Shown here piece by piece: positions 26,692 to 38,489 of a DNA stretch of 64,000 bases. A program made the position numbers and the translations under genes. The number at the start of each line of letters is the position of its first letter. Position 1 is the first letter of the stretch. The notes below the pieces were generated by a model. That model had not been told where the DNA came from and searched no databases. It saw nothing but the letters and a program-made list of their open reading frames with translations. Where the stretch lies: the NCBI GenBank assembly GCA_965237415.1, contig CBDEFM010000001.1, forward strand, positions 352,001-416,000. Direction: 5' to 3'. This DNA is from Alphaproteobacteria bacterium (GTDB taxonomy: Bacteria; Pseudomonadota; Alphaproteobacteria; UBA828).

Positions 26692-26749
26692 GATAAGCGT
26701 TGAGGTCAGCATATGCGCTTTCGAGAGCATCCATGCCGAAATGTCGTCC

Positions 26750-26920
26750 ATGAATGCTGGGAGGATGTCGACCTCGAGCATGACGAAATCCGGTTGCGCG
26801 ATGCCAAGACTGGCGCACGCGCGGTCCCGCTGTCGCCGATGGCGAGACAGGTGCTGACCTCTCTGCCCGGGCAACCGGATAATCCGTGGGTTATTTCGGG
26901 GCGTGGGCCTGGCGCTCGAG
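26750..26920 (+). pseudogene. Internal fragment of a second tyrosine integrase
   Basis: WEDVDLEHDEIRLRDAKTGARAVPLSPMARQVLTSLP..DNPWVISGR. Confidence 0.75.
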
Positions 26921-27174
26921 AACGCGACCCACGCCACGGCGAGCCTCGGCGCCGACGCCTCGGGGGTCCCGGACAGTCCGATGCGCTCGACGATGCGCTA
27001 CCGCGTCAAGCGCGGCGTCTACCTGATGGAGGAAGGCTTCCTCAAGCTCGCTGCGCGCCGCTAGGCGTGCGTTTCCGAAGCGGCGCAGCGCGGCGGTGGG
27101 CATTCGAGTTTGCTGTTCAGGTGGCGGCGTCGGTATCGCAAGGCGGCGGACACGGGCACCCGGCTCCGGTCTCG

Positions 27175-28593
27175 CTACGGTTCATTTCCTGCGACCACCA
27201 ACTCGTCCCAGTCCCCCGGCGGGCCCGCTCGCAAGCGCTTGAACAGCGTCCTTCCGGCGATATCGAAGCCCATGGCAAAAGCCTGTAGTCGCGTTTCCTC
27301 CGACACCTGCTTCTTTCCGGCATGGACGATCTTCGAGCGCATGTCGTAGAACTCCTTCGCCGCCTTCATGTACCCGAGCCTGCTTGCCGCGTCCGTTCCG
27401 AGATACCAGGCCACCCTGGTACGCATCTTGTGGGCAATCTCGCCGCCTTCCGGTCGATACATCCGCTCCAGCGCAATCGCGACGTCCAGGATCTTGTCAT
27501 CACCGGCAAACGGTCCACTCCGTGCCTGCGCCTCGGCAAGCCGGCTGACGATCGGAGCCATCGCTTGATGGCGTGCGGTTCTCAGGTTGCCGAAGGCTTC
27601 CCTTGCCTCGTCCAAGGCTTCCCGAGCCAATCGCGGACGGTCGGCCAACCCGTCGAATCGGTGCGCCGACAAGCTCCGATAGGACCCGGGACCGCGACGC
27701 TCCAGCCCCAACAGCCTGCCGGCAGACCGATGGATGCAATCGGGCAGTTCGGCAAGACGAAGGACGGGCGCCGCATGCGCCACGGCAATCAGTTCCAGGA
27801 AGGTCCGAGCGTCCTGGAAAAACTCTCCCCGCGGCTTCGACCCTGCAGCCTCCGGGTCGCCCGGCATGCGAAACGAGGGCGTCCATTGGAACGGCCTGAT
27901 GATCGCGCCGACCGAACGCCAGCCGCGCATCTCCGTTTCCGCCGGGGCGAGCTCTTGCACCAACTTCTCGTCCACGAATGCCCTTACCCGCTCGAACGGA
28001 ACGATTGCCATGCCATCGGCGAGGCCGCTCTCCTCCGCCAGCGTCGGGCCGTAGAACAGCACGACGTCGCATCCGACATCGGGGCCGGCCGATACGCGCA
28101 CGGAACCGGTGTTCGTGATCGGAGCGAGGAGTGCGCTCAACTCGCCGGCAGCCGCCCGGAAACGGTCGCCGTCGAGCTCCGCGGCCCGCGCCATCAATCC
28201 GGCGATGAGGTCCGTCAGCGAGGTTAAGCGGCCTGAACCGAGGGCCTGCACCCGGAATTCGTCACGACCGGCAATCGAATCCGGAACGTCGGCCAATGTC
28301 GGGTGCGCCAGCAAGATGCTTCCCACGACATCCGCCTGTGACGCCTTTGACGTCTGGCTCTTCGCCCGGCGTGGCACCCAATCCCAACCGCGTCCTTGCA
28401 TGGCGAAGTGACCCCATACCTGCTCCGGCGAGTAGGTATGCGGTGCGCCTTCAGGCCCGCCGAACAGGAGACCCATGTCCGGGGCCAGCCCGTAATACTT
28501 CCGCAGCATGTTTTCGTGCCCTTCAGCCAGTTCCGAAAGCGCCTGCGCAAGGCGTTCAGTCCAGGCTTCGGCGTCGAACTCATCAGGCTTCAT
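27175..28593 (-). CDS. ApeA-like HEPN-domain protein (putative RNase)
   Basis: C-terminal DVAIALERMY..IAHKMRTRVAWYL..FYDMRSKIVHAG with RxxxxH. Confidence 0.75.
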   Translation of the reverse strand: MKPDEFDAEAWTERLAQALSELAEGHENMLRKYYGLAPDMGLLFGGPEGAPHTYSPEQVWGHFAMQGRGWDWVPRRAKSQTSKASQADVVGSILLAHPTLADVPDSIAGRDEFRVQALGSGRLTSLTDLIAGLMARAAELDGDRFRAAAGELSALLAPITNTGSVRVSAGPDVGCDVVLFYGPTLAEESGLADGMAIVPFERVRAFVDEKLVQELAPAETEMRGWRSVGAIIRPFQWTPSFRMPGDPEAAGSKPRGEFFQDARTFLELIAVAHAAPVLRLAELPDCIHRSAGRLLGLERRGPGSYRSLSAHRFDGLADRPRLAREALDEAREAFGNLRTARHQAMAPIVSRLAEAQARSGPFAGDDKILDVAIALERMYRPEGGEIAHKMRTRVAWYLGTDAASRLGYMKAAKEFYDMRSKIVHAGKKQVSEETRLQAFAMGFDIAGRTLFKRLRAGPPGDWDELVVAGNEP

Positions 28594-28829
28594 GCGCGCA
28601 GCTCTCTTGCGAACGTCGATGTCGTGCTGCCGGCGGCCCCGAATGCGACGTGGAACGCGCCGTCACCCTTGCGGGTCTCGAACCTGCCGGACGGGCGGCT
28701 GCCATCCCCGGCATCAGGCACCCGATGATGCGTGAGTCCAAGACCGGCCTTGCGCCCGGAACGCGGTTCCTGTCCCCAGCACGCTTCGCCCACGCTGCCT
28801 CTCCCCTCGGGTGGACGACCTCCTGCACC

Positions 28830-29354
28830 TCACCGGGGGCCGGCGGCGGAGACGGCGCCTGCCTCACAGCAGCCGGTCCTGGCGGGGGTGCGCCTTCCCT
28901 TCGCCCGCCTTGCGGAACCTTCGCCCGCTTCGCGGCAGACGGCACGACCGAGGCCGCAGCGATGCGCGCCCGTTCCTCGCCCACCACCCGAGGCGAGCGC
29001 CGCGCACAGCTCTTCCGAGCGGCCCGACGCGACCAGGGCAGATGCCCAGGCGGCGAACATCACCGCGATCCGCTCCTGCATGTCGCGCACCAGGGGACCC
29101 GCATCCTCCCCCTCCAGCATCAGCGCGCGAACCTCCCGCACCGCCTCCAGCAGCTCCCGCTGCTCTTCCGCAGCGAGCGTCAGCTCAGGACCGGCGTCCT
29201 CTTCCGAAGCGTCCCGCTCCACCAGCTCTACAAGGTATCGCGCGATCGACAGGCCGCGCCGCTTTGCGTTGCGGCGAACGATCTCCCAATCCGCGTCCGT
29301 CGCCGAGAGCGAGATGTGCTTGCCCACCTTCCGGCGGCGCCGCTTCCGGCTCAC
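28830..29354 (-). CDS. RHH (MobC/NikA-like) protein 3; possible +1 frameshift near 28988
   Basis: HISLSATDADWEIVRRNAKRRGLSIARYLVEL; GTGA coupling. Confidence 0.6.
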   Translation of the reverse strand: MSRKRRRRKVGKHISLSATDADWEIVRRNAKRRGLSIARYLVELVERDASEEDAGPELTLAAEEQRELLEAVREVRALMLEGEDAGPLVRDMQERIAVMFAAWASALVASGRSEELCAALASGGGRGTGAHRCGLGRAVCREAGEGSARRAKGRRTPARTGCCEAGAVSAAGPR

Positions 29355-29662
29355 GGCGCCCGCTCCCGTGCAAGGACAGAGACCGCGCTCAGCAGGCTCA
29401 GCCCGCTGCCGCCCGGAAGCTCGCGCCGGAGAGCCCGCGCCAATGCCTGCAACTCCCGCACCCCATCCCGCAACTCAGCCTGTTCCTCTTCCGTCAGCAC
29501 CAGGGGATGACGGTCCGGATCGTCGGCGAGCGCAAGCTCCATCACATAACGCGACACGGTCTTGCCCGCCGCCTCCGCGCGCTCCCGGATCATCGCCTGC
29601 TCTGCAGGCTTGCAGTGCAGGCTCCGCTGCCGCCTGCCGGGCCGCTCCGCCGCCTCCGTCAC
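29351..29662 (-). CDS. RHH (MobC/NikA-like) protein 2
   Basis: GTG at 29662; RSLHCKPAEQAMIRERAEAAGKTVSRYVMELAL. Confidence 0.65.
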   Translation of the reverse strand: MTEAAERPGRRQRSLHCKPAEQAMIRERAEAAGKTVSRYVMELALADDPDRHPLVLTEEEQAELRDGVRELQALARALRRELPGGSGLSLLSAVSVLARERAP

Positions 29663-30030
29663 GGCTCGTCCTCCCCTTCCGGCCCCACTGCCTTCCAGCG
29701 GTTCGCCGCGCCAGGATCGGTCAGCCCCTCCAGCATGCCCTCCCGCTCGATCCATTCGTCAACCGCGTCGCAGGCGTCCTCCCAGGCCTCGCCGGCGCCG
29801 GCGCCGCGCAGCCGCCTCTCCTCCAGCCTGGCCAGCACCAGCATCTCGCGAACAGCCCGGCGCAGAACCTCCGGCGGCAGTGGGTCCCAGTCCAGCGCGC
29901 GATGGATCACGAAGCGCGACAGGTCCATGCCGCTCTCCGCAGCCGCCCGGCCGATCCGATCCCACTCCGCATCGGTCGCCATCACGGCCCGCTGGCGCCG
30001 CCCGCTGGCATCCTCCTTCATGGTCGCCAT
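29659..30030 (-). CDS. RHH (MobC/NikA-like) protein 1
   Basis: RAVMATDAEWDRIGRAAAESGMDLSRFVIHRAL. Confidence 0.65.
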   Translation of the reverse strand: MATMKEDASGRRQRAVMATDAEWDRIGRAAAESGMDLSRFVIHRALDWDPLPPEVLRRAVREMLVLARLEERRLRGAGAGEAWEDACDAVDEWIEREGMLEGLTDPGAANRWKAVGPEGEDEP

Positions 30031-30280
30031 CCGTCTGAAAAAGCCTGCATCAACTGTGACACACCAGACCCATTTAGGGAAACTATAGTACGAAACTTCC
30101 CAAGAAAATCCTCATCGTCATACGACTCGCATCACTTATAGGTTACGTACAGAACCCATTTATCGCATTATCAGCATCACTCCAATGTCCCAATCCAGCT
30201 TCCACACCCATGTCCCCGAATGCAACTCCTCAATGACACACAATCAAATTCTATGTCGTTCCAACCATCCCCACCCGTCC

Positions 30281-30309
30281 TTGACAACAACCCTAAGCCA
30301 CTGTATTAT
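30281..30309 (+). promoter_or_regulatory. Near-consensus sigma70 promoter
   Basis: TTGACA-17 bp-TATTAT. Confidence 0.6.
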
Positions 30310-30629
30310 AACCCTCTTACAGGAGAAACCTGCAACCCTACATCAGCCTCAATGTACCTAAATCAAGAATATAAACTACACACCTCCTCAACTACATCAA
30401 TCTCAGCCCCTGTGCCTGATCCGTCCGACGCATCGCCTCCCTCCACACCACAGAGGCGTTCCAAAACCGGACAGATCATCTGGTACATGGGACGGACATA
30501 TCCTGTGTTGCCGACGTTCACGAAATTCGGTTCTTTTGCGATCTCAAGAAATCGAAGACAATCGCCGGTTGTCTTGAAGAAGCGAGAAAGCGATCTTCGG
30601 AAGCAGGGGAGTGAAGACCGATCGGGCGG

Positions 30630-30974
30630 TTGACGACACATGTGCTTGATTTGACGTCGGGCACGCCGGCGGGAGGATTGAAGCTGGAGCTCTGGCGCCT
30701 GGACGGCGCGGCGGCGGAACGACTCAAGACAGTCGTGACGAACAGCGACGGCCGGATCGATGGCGCCTTGCTGGAAGGGGAGGCGTTTGCCGCGGGGACC
30801 TATGAGCTGCGCTTCATGGCGGGCGACTATCGAAGGCGCACCGGCGGGCCGTTTCCCGAACCGTTGTTCCTCGATGTCGTGCCGGTGCGCTTCGGCGTGG
30901 CGGATCCACAAGACCACTACCACGTCCCGCTGCTGCTTTCCGCCTATGGCTATTCCACCTATCGCGGAAGTTGA
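30630..30974 (+). CDS. uraH: 5-hydroxyisourate hydrolase
   Basis: TTHVLD, TNSDGR, HYHVPLLLS and C-terminal YRGS. Confidence 0.93.
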   Translation: MTTHVLDLTSGTPAGGLKLELWRLDGAAAERLKTVVTNSDGRIDGALLEGEAFAAGTYELRFMAGDYRRRTGGPFPEPLFLDVVPVRFGVADPQDHYHVPLLLSAYGYSTYRGS

Positions 30975-30977
30975 CGC

Positions 30978-32465
30978 ATGACGCGCTCGTCGGTTCGGTT
31001 TCTCCACCGCGGCGAGGTCGTCTCGCTCTCCGATGTGGCCGCGAACGAGACCCTCCTCGACTATCTGCGGCTGCGCCGCCATGCCTGCGGGAGCAAGGAG
31101 GGCTGCGCCGAGGGCGACTGCGGCGCCTGCACTGTGGCTCTCGGCACCCTGCAGGGCGGCAGGCTGGAATACGCGCCGGTCAACAGCTGCATCTGCCTTC
31201 TGGGCATGATCGACGGCAAGGAGCTGGTCGCCGTGGAAGACCTGGCCGGCCCGGACGGCGCACTGCACCCCGTGCAGGACGCCGTCCTGAGGCATCACGG
31301 CAGCCAGTGTGGCTTCTGCACGCCGGGCATCGTGATGAGTCTCTTCACCCTGTACCACGCTGGCGGGCGCTGTGACCGGCAGGCGGTGAACGACACACTC
31401 GCCGGCAATCTCTGCCGCTGCACCGGCTACCGGCCGATCGTCGATGGCGCGCTGGAGGCGTGCGCCGGAACGCCGCGCGACGCATTCGCGGCGCGCCGTG
31501 CAGCCACCGTCGAACGATTGGCGGCCCTGGACGACGGCGAGGACCTCTTCATCGGCGATGAGGCGACGGGATTCTTCGCGGCGCCGGCCACGGTCGAGGC
31601 CCTGGCCCGGCTTTACGCGCGGCATCCGGACGCCACACTGGTCGCGGGCGCCACGGATGTCGGGTTGTGGATCACCAAGCAGATGCGGGCCCTGCCCAAG
31701 ATCGTTCACCTGGGGCGGGCGGGCGGTCTGGCGGACATGCGCGAGACCGAAGCGGGCTTCAGTATCGGCGCCGGCGTCACCTATGAGCGCGCGGAGAGCG
31801 CCATGGCGGCGATCGATCCCGATCTCGTCGAGTTGTTCCGCCGTCTCGGTGCCAAGCAGGTCCGCGCGGTGGGGACGCTTGGCGGCAACATCGCCAACGG
31901 CTCTCCGATCGGCGATACGCTGCCCGCTCTGATCGCGCTCGGTGCGACACTGCACCTGCGCCGGGACCAGGCGACGCGGTCGATGCCGCTAGAGGACTTC
32001 TTCATCGACTACGGCAAGCAGGACTTGGCGGCGGGCGAGTTCGTGACCGGTATCGACGTGCCGCGCCTCAAGTCCGACGAGGTCTTCCGCTGCTACAAGA
32101 TCTCCAAGCGCTTCGATCAGGACATCTCCGCCCTTCTGGGCGCCTTCAGGTTCACCTTGGAGGCGCGCCGCGTCGTCGATGCGCGTGTCGCCTTCGGTGG
32201 CATGGCGGCCACGCCGAAACGGGCCGCCGCCTTGGAAGCCGCCCTCAAGGGTCTGCGGCTTGCGGACCGGCGTGACTGGGACGCCGCCTGCGAGGCCCTG
32301 GCGTCGGACTTTCGGCCCATCGACGACATGCGGGCCAGCGCCCCGTACCGGCTGGAGACGGCGCAGGCGCTCCTGCGCAAGGCCCTGCACGAGGCGGGCG
32401 GCGAGGCAAGCGCCGCGACCCGGCTCGTGGGCCTGCGGCCCGGGGGGACGGAGCGTGCCGCCTGA
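30978..32465 (+). CDS. xdhA: Xanthine dehydrogenase small subunit (2x[2Fe-2S] + FAD)
   Basis: KEGCAEGDCGAC, QCGFCTPG, GNLCRCTGY and YKISKRFDQDIS. Confidence 0.93.
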   Translation: MTRSSVRFLHRGEVVSLSDVAANETLLDYLRLRRHACGSKEGCAEGDCGACTVALGTLQGGRLEYAPVNSCICLLGMIDGKELVAVEDLAGPDGALHPVQDAVLRHHGSQCGFCTPGIVMSLFTLYHAGGRCDRQAVNDTLAGNLCRCTGYRPIVDGALEACAGTPRDAFAARRAATVERLAALDDGEDLFIGDEATGFFAAPATVEALARLYARHPDATLVAGATDVGLWITKQMRALPKIVHLGRAGGLADMRETEAGFSIGAGVTYERAESAMAAIDPDLVELFRRLGAKQVRAVGTLGGNIANGSPIGDTLPALIALGATLHLRRDQATRSMPLEDFFIDYGKQDLAAGEFVTGIDVPRLKSDEVFRCYKISKRFDQDISALLGAFRFTLEARRVVDARVAFGGMAATPKRAAALEAALKGLRLADRRDWDAACEALASDFRPIDDMRASAPYRLETAQALLRKALHEAGGEASAATRLVGLRPGGTERAA

Positions 32466-34788
32466 CGTTCCTCAACCGGACCGGACAGCGCCCGCTGACG
32501 GCAACCGCTCGGTTGGGCAGGCCCTGGCCCATGACAGCGCGCTGTGGCACGTCCAGGGCACGGCGCGCTTCATCGACGACATTCCCGAGCCGGCGGCGCT
32601 GGTGCATGTCGCGCCCGGCTATGCCGCGCATGCCGCCCGCGGCCGGATCACCGCGCTCGACCTCGATGCGGTACGGGCCGCGCCAGGCGTCGTGGCGGTT
32701 CTGACCGCCGCCGACATCCCCGGACGGAACGATTGCAGCCCGGTCTTCGGCGACGACCCCATCCTCGCCGAAGACCGCATCGCCTTTCACGGCCAGGTGG
32801 TCTTCGCAGTGGCGGCGCTCAGCCGGGACGAGGCCCGCCGCGCCTGCCGCCAGGCGCGCATCGCGGTCGAGGAGGAGACGCCTCGTGTCTCGGTCGAGGC
32901 GGGCCTCGCCTCGGGCGAGACGGTCCTCCCCGACTACCGGTTTCAGCGCGGCGAGCCGCTTGCGGACATGAAACAGGCCCGGCATACCGCGTCCGGCTCC
33001 CTCGACATCGGCGGTCAGGAGCACTTCTATCTCGAGGGGCAGGTCGCCATGGCGCTCCCCGGCGAGGGCGGTGCGATGCACGTCCTCTCGTCGACGCAGC
33101 ATCCCACGGAAATCCAGCACCTCGTGGCTGCCATGCTGGAGAAACCGGACTCGGACGTAGTGTGCGAATGCCGGCGCATGGGCGGCGCGTTCGGCGGCAA
33201 GGAAAGCCAGGCGGCGCAATGGGCCTGCCTCGCCGCGCTCGCTGCGAGCGTGACCGGCTCGGCCGCCAAGCTCCGCCTCGACCGCGACGACGACATGACC
33301 ATGACCGGCAAGCGCCACGATTTCAGGGTCGACTACAGCTATGGCTGCGACGAGACGGGCAGGCTGCTGGCGGTCGACGCCGCGCTCAACGCGCGCTGCG
33401 GCTGCTCGGCGGATCTCTCCATGGCCGTCTGCGACCGGGCGATGTTCCATGCCGACAACGCCTACTACTATCCGAGCGCGCGCATCCTTTCGCGGCGGGT
33501 CAGGACCGACACGGTCTCGAACACGGCGTTCAGGGGTTTCGGCGGGCCGCAGGGCATGATGCTTGCCGAACGGATGATGGACGACATCGCCTGCCGGCTC
33601 GGCCTGGACCCGCTCGACGTGCGCAAGCGCAATCTTTACGGCCGCGGGCGGGATATCACGCCCTATGGCATGAAGGTCGGCGACAACACCCTGTCGCGGC
33701 TGGTGCGCGAGCTCGAGAAGACCAGCGGCTACCGGAAGCGGCGCAAGGGCATCGCGGCCTTCAACCAGAACAACCGGTTTCTCAAGAAGGGGATGTCTCT
33801 TACGCCCGTCAAGTTCGGGATCGCTTTCACGCTGAAGCACCTCAACCAGGCGGGCGCGCTGGTGCATGTCTATACCGACGGCTCCGTGCTGGTGAACCAT
33901 GGCGGCACCGAGATGGGGCAGGGGCTCCACACCAAGGTTGCGCAGGTCGTGGCGGAGGAGTTCGGCATCGACTTCGACAAGGTGAGGATCACCGCGACGA
34001 AGACCGACATGGTGCCCAACACCACGCCGACCGCCGCGTCCTCCGGGTCCGATCTGAACGGCATGGCGGCAAAGCGGGCGGCCGCCACGATCAAGGACCG
34101 CATGGCTGCTCTGGCCGGCCGGCTCTACCAGGTGCCCAAGGTTGAGGTCCGCTTCGCCGGCAACATGGTCACGATCGGCAAGCGGGAGATCCCCTTTGCG
34201 GAGCTGGCGAAGACCTGCTTCCTCGAACGGGTCTCGCTCTCGTCGACCGGTTACTTCGCGACACCGAAGATCACCTGGGACCGCGCGTCGGCGAGCGGGC
34301 GGCCATTCCTCTACTTCGCCTACGGCGCCGCCTGCTCGGAGGTGACGATCGATACCCTGACCGGAGAGATGCGGGTGGATCGGATAGATCTTCTGCACGA
34401 TGTCGGCAATTCGCTCAACCCCGCGATCGACATCGGTCAGATCGAAGGCGGCTTCGTGCAGGGCATGGGCTGGCTCACCACCGAAGAGCTGGTGTTCGAT
34501 GCGAAGGGTCGGCTCACGACTCACGCGCCCTCCACCTATAAGATACCGGTCGCAAGCGATGTGCCGGAGGACTTCAGGGTTGCGTTATGGGAGTCCAAGG
34601 GCAACAGGGAAGCGACCATCTATCGCTCGAAGGCGGTGGGCGAGCCGCCCCTGATGTTGGCGATATCGGTGTTCTCGGCGATCTCGAACGCCATCGCCAG
34701 CCTCAATCCCGGGCGGGTGCCGGCGCTAGACGCGCCGGCGACGCCGGAAGCGATCGCCCGCGCGATCCTCTCCATGCGGGACGCATGA
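32455..34788 (+). CDS. xdhB: Xanthine dehydrogenase molybdopterin subunit
   Basis: GTG at 32455; QEHFYLE, RMGGAFGGKE, AFRGFGGPQG and SKAVGEPPL. Confidence 0.93.
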   Translation: MPPDVPQPDRTAPADGNRSVGQALAHDSALWHVQGTARFIDDIPEPAALVHVAPGYAAHAARGRITALDLDAVRAAPGVVAVLTAADIPGRNDCSPVFGDDPILAEDRIAFHGQVVFAVAALSRDEARRACRQARIAVEEETPRVSVEAGLASGETVLPDYRFQRGEPLADMKQARHTASGSLDIGGQEHFYLEGQVAMALPGEGGAMHVLSSTQHPTEIQHLVAAMLEKPDSDVVCECRRMGGAFGGKESQAAQWACLAALAASVTGSAAKLRLDRDDDMTMTGKRHDFRVDYSYGCDETGRLLAVDAALNARCGCSADLSMAVCDRAMFHADNAYYYPSARILSRRVRTDTVSNTAFRGFGGPQGMMLAERMMDDIACRLGLDPLDVRKRNLYGRGRDITPYGMKVGDNTLSRLVRELEKTSGYRKRRKGIAAFNQNNRFLKKGMSLTPVKFGIAFTLKHLNQAGALVHVYTDGSVLVNHGGTEMGQGLHTKVAQVVAEEFGIDFDKVRITATKTDMVPNTTPTAASSGSDLNGMAAKRAAATIKDRMAALAGRLYQVPKVEVRFAGNMVTIGKREIPFAELAKTCFLERVSLSSTGYFATPKITWDRASASGRPFLYFAYGAACSEVTIDTLTGEMRVDRIDLLHDVGNSLNPAIDIGQIEGGFVQGMGWLTTEELVFDAKGRLTTHAPSTYKIPVASDVPEDFRVALWESKGNREATIYRSKAVGEPPLMLAISVFSAISNAIASLNPGRVPALDAPATPEAIARAILSMRDA

Positions 34789-34797
34789 GGCGATGAG

Positions 34798-35787
34798 ATG
34801 AACACCTGGGCGACCATCGGCCGAGCGCTCCGCGGTGAGCAGAGCTGTGCCATGGTCAGCATCGTCGAGGCCAAGGGTTCGGCACCGCGCGAAGCCGGAG
34901 CACGCATGGTCGTGCTGGAGGACGGCTCGTTCGCCGGCACGATCGGCGGCGGTGCGCTGGAATGGCGGGCGATCGCGCGCGCCCAGGCAGCGTTGGCGAA
35001 GGCCGGAGCAGACAGGAACCCTCCTCCGGTGGGCCTTGCCCGAATGGCGCTCGGCCCCGATCTCGGCCAGTGTTGCGGCGGCTCGGTGCGTGTCCTCCTG
35101 GAAGTGTTCACGCCCGGACGGTCCGCCGAAGTGCAGACGCTCGCCGATGCCGAAAGGGCGGGACTCTTCGCCACCGAGGGCCGCATCACCGGGCAGTGCG
35201 TGGTGCGGGCCATTCTGAATCGCGATCTCCCGGGAGGCGAAGGCAGCCTGCTGGCGGCTGACGGACGTTTGCTGGAGCGCTTCGGGACGCGGAAGCAGGT
35301 TCTGGCGCTCATCGGCGCCGGCCATGTCGGACGCTCCCTGATCATCGCGCTCGCGCCGCTCGACTTCAGCGTGGTGTGGATCGATCCGCGGGAGGACGCC
35401 TTCCCCTCCATCGTGCCGGGCGACGTGCGTATCCTCGTGACGGAGGCGCCGGCGGCCGAGCTTGATGCGGTGCCCGATGGCGCTTTCGTGCTGGTCATGT
35501 CACACAGCCATGCGCTCGATTTCGACGTCGTCCTCGCCGCGCTGCAGGCAAGGCGGTTCGGCTATGTCGGCCTGATCGGCTCGGCGTCGAAGAAGGCCCG
35601 CTTCATAAGCCGCCTGCGGCAAGCGGGCCTGGAGCATGACGATATCGAGCGGCTGGTCTGTCCCATCGGCATCGACGGTATCGCATCGAAGCAGCCGGCG
35701 GCCATTGCCGCGTCGGTGGTCGCGGACCTGCTGCGCCGCAGGGATGCGATGGCGCTTTCGGCGCACAGCGCGGGAGCCTCGTCCTAG
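34798..35787 (+). CDS. xdhC: Xanthine dehydrogenase accessory protein
   Basis: GSAPREAGARM, GTIGGGALE, LGQCCGG, GAGHVG and GLIGSASK. Confidence 0.9.
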   Translation: MNTWATIGRALRGEQSCAMVSIVEAKGSAPREAGARMVVLEDGSFAGTIGGGALEWRAIARAQAALAKAGADRNPPPVGLARMALGPDLGQCCGGSVRVLLEVFTPGRSAEVQTLADAERAGLFATEGRITGQCVVRAILNRDLPGGEGSLLAADGRLLERFGTRKQVLALIGAGHVGRSLIIALAPLDFSVVWIDPREDAFPSIVPGDVRILVTEAPAAELDAVPDGAFVLVMSHSHALDFDVVLAALQARRFGYVGLIGSASKKARFISRLRQAGLEHDDIERLVCPIGIDGIASKQPAAIAASVVADLLRRRDAMALSAHSAGASS

Positions 35788-35813
35788 GGACCCGTGCCGC
35801 GGGTCCGGGACGG

Positions 35814-37399
<1,586 letters not shown>

Positions 37400-37403
<4 letters not shown>

Positions 37404-38458
37404 TCCTCAGGCTGGAAAGGCGCAGCCAGCGTTCGACGCTGATGGCGCTGCTGTCCCCGGTGCTGGCGATCGCCGTCACGCTGGCTCTTGGCGCCATCAT
37501 GTTCGCGGGCCTGGGATTCGATCCCGCCGAAGCGCTCTACATGTACTTCGTCGAGCCGTTGACCAGCGTCTGGTCGGTCGAGGAGGTGATCGTCAAGGCC
37601 GCGCCGCTCATCATCATCGGCGTTGGCCTCGCCGTCTGCTACACCGCCAATGTCTGGAACATCGGTGCGGAGGGCCAGCTTACGATCGGCGCCCTGCTCG
37701 GTGCCGCCATCCCGATCTATTTCCCTGCCTGGCAGTCGCCGCTGGTCCTGGCCCTCATGCTCGTTCTCGGCGCCGTGGGCGGTGCGCTCTTCGCCGCCAT
37801 CCCGGCGTTCCTGAAGAACCGTTTCTCCGCCAACGAGATCCTGACCAGCCTGATGCTCGTCTACGTCGCCCAGTTGCTGCTGGACTGGCTGGTGCGCGGG
37901 CCCTGGCGAGACCCCGACGGCTACAACTTTCCGCAGTCCATACCGTTCGAGGGCTGGCAGCTCCTGCCGCTTCTGGGCGAGGGAAGGGTGCATATCGGCG
38001 CCGTCTTCGCCGTCGCCGCGGTCATCGTCGTCGCCTTCATGATGGGACGGACGCTGCGCGGGTTCGAGATCCGCGTCGTCGGCACCTCACCGCGCGCCGC
38101 CGCTTTCGCCGGCTTCAAAGGGAAGCGGGTGATCCTGTTCTGCTTTATGCTGTCCGGCGCCCTCGCCGGGCTGGCTGGCATCTGCGAAGTCGCCGGCCCG
38201 AACGGCGAACTGCAACCGAACATCTCGCCCGGTTACGGCTTCACCGCGATCATCGTCGCCTTTCTCGGCCGCCTGAACCCCATCGGCGTGCTCTTCGCGG
38301 GCGTCCTCCTGGCGATCAGCTATATGGGCGGAGAGGGGGTGCAGGTGGAGCTCGGCATCTCCGACAAGACGACTCAGGTGTTCCAGGGCATGCTGCTGTT
38401 CCTCATCTTGGCCTGCGACACGCTGATCCGTTACCGCATAAGGCTCGTTCACAACTAG
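37400..38458 (+). CDS. ABC transporter permease
   Basis: WNIGAEGQ and GYGFTAIIVAFLGRLNP; multi-TM. Confidence 0.9.
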
Positions 38459-38489
38459 AAGATGACCAGGGAGGTCTAGGCAGCGATCG

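Noticed and set aside
30220-30633. 137-aa ORF in the G-poor tract
   Set aside because: Ser/Pro/Thr/Asn bias reflects base skew; codon usage is unlike the real genes
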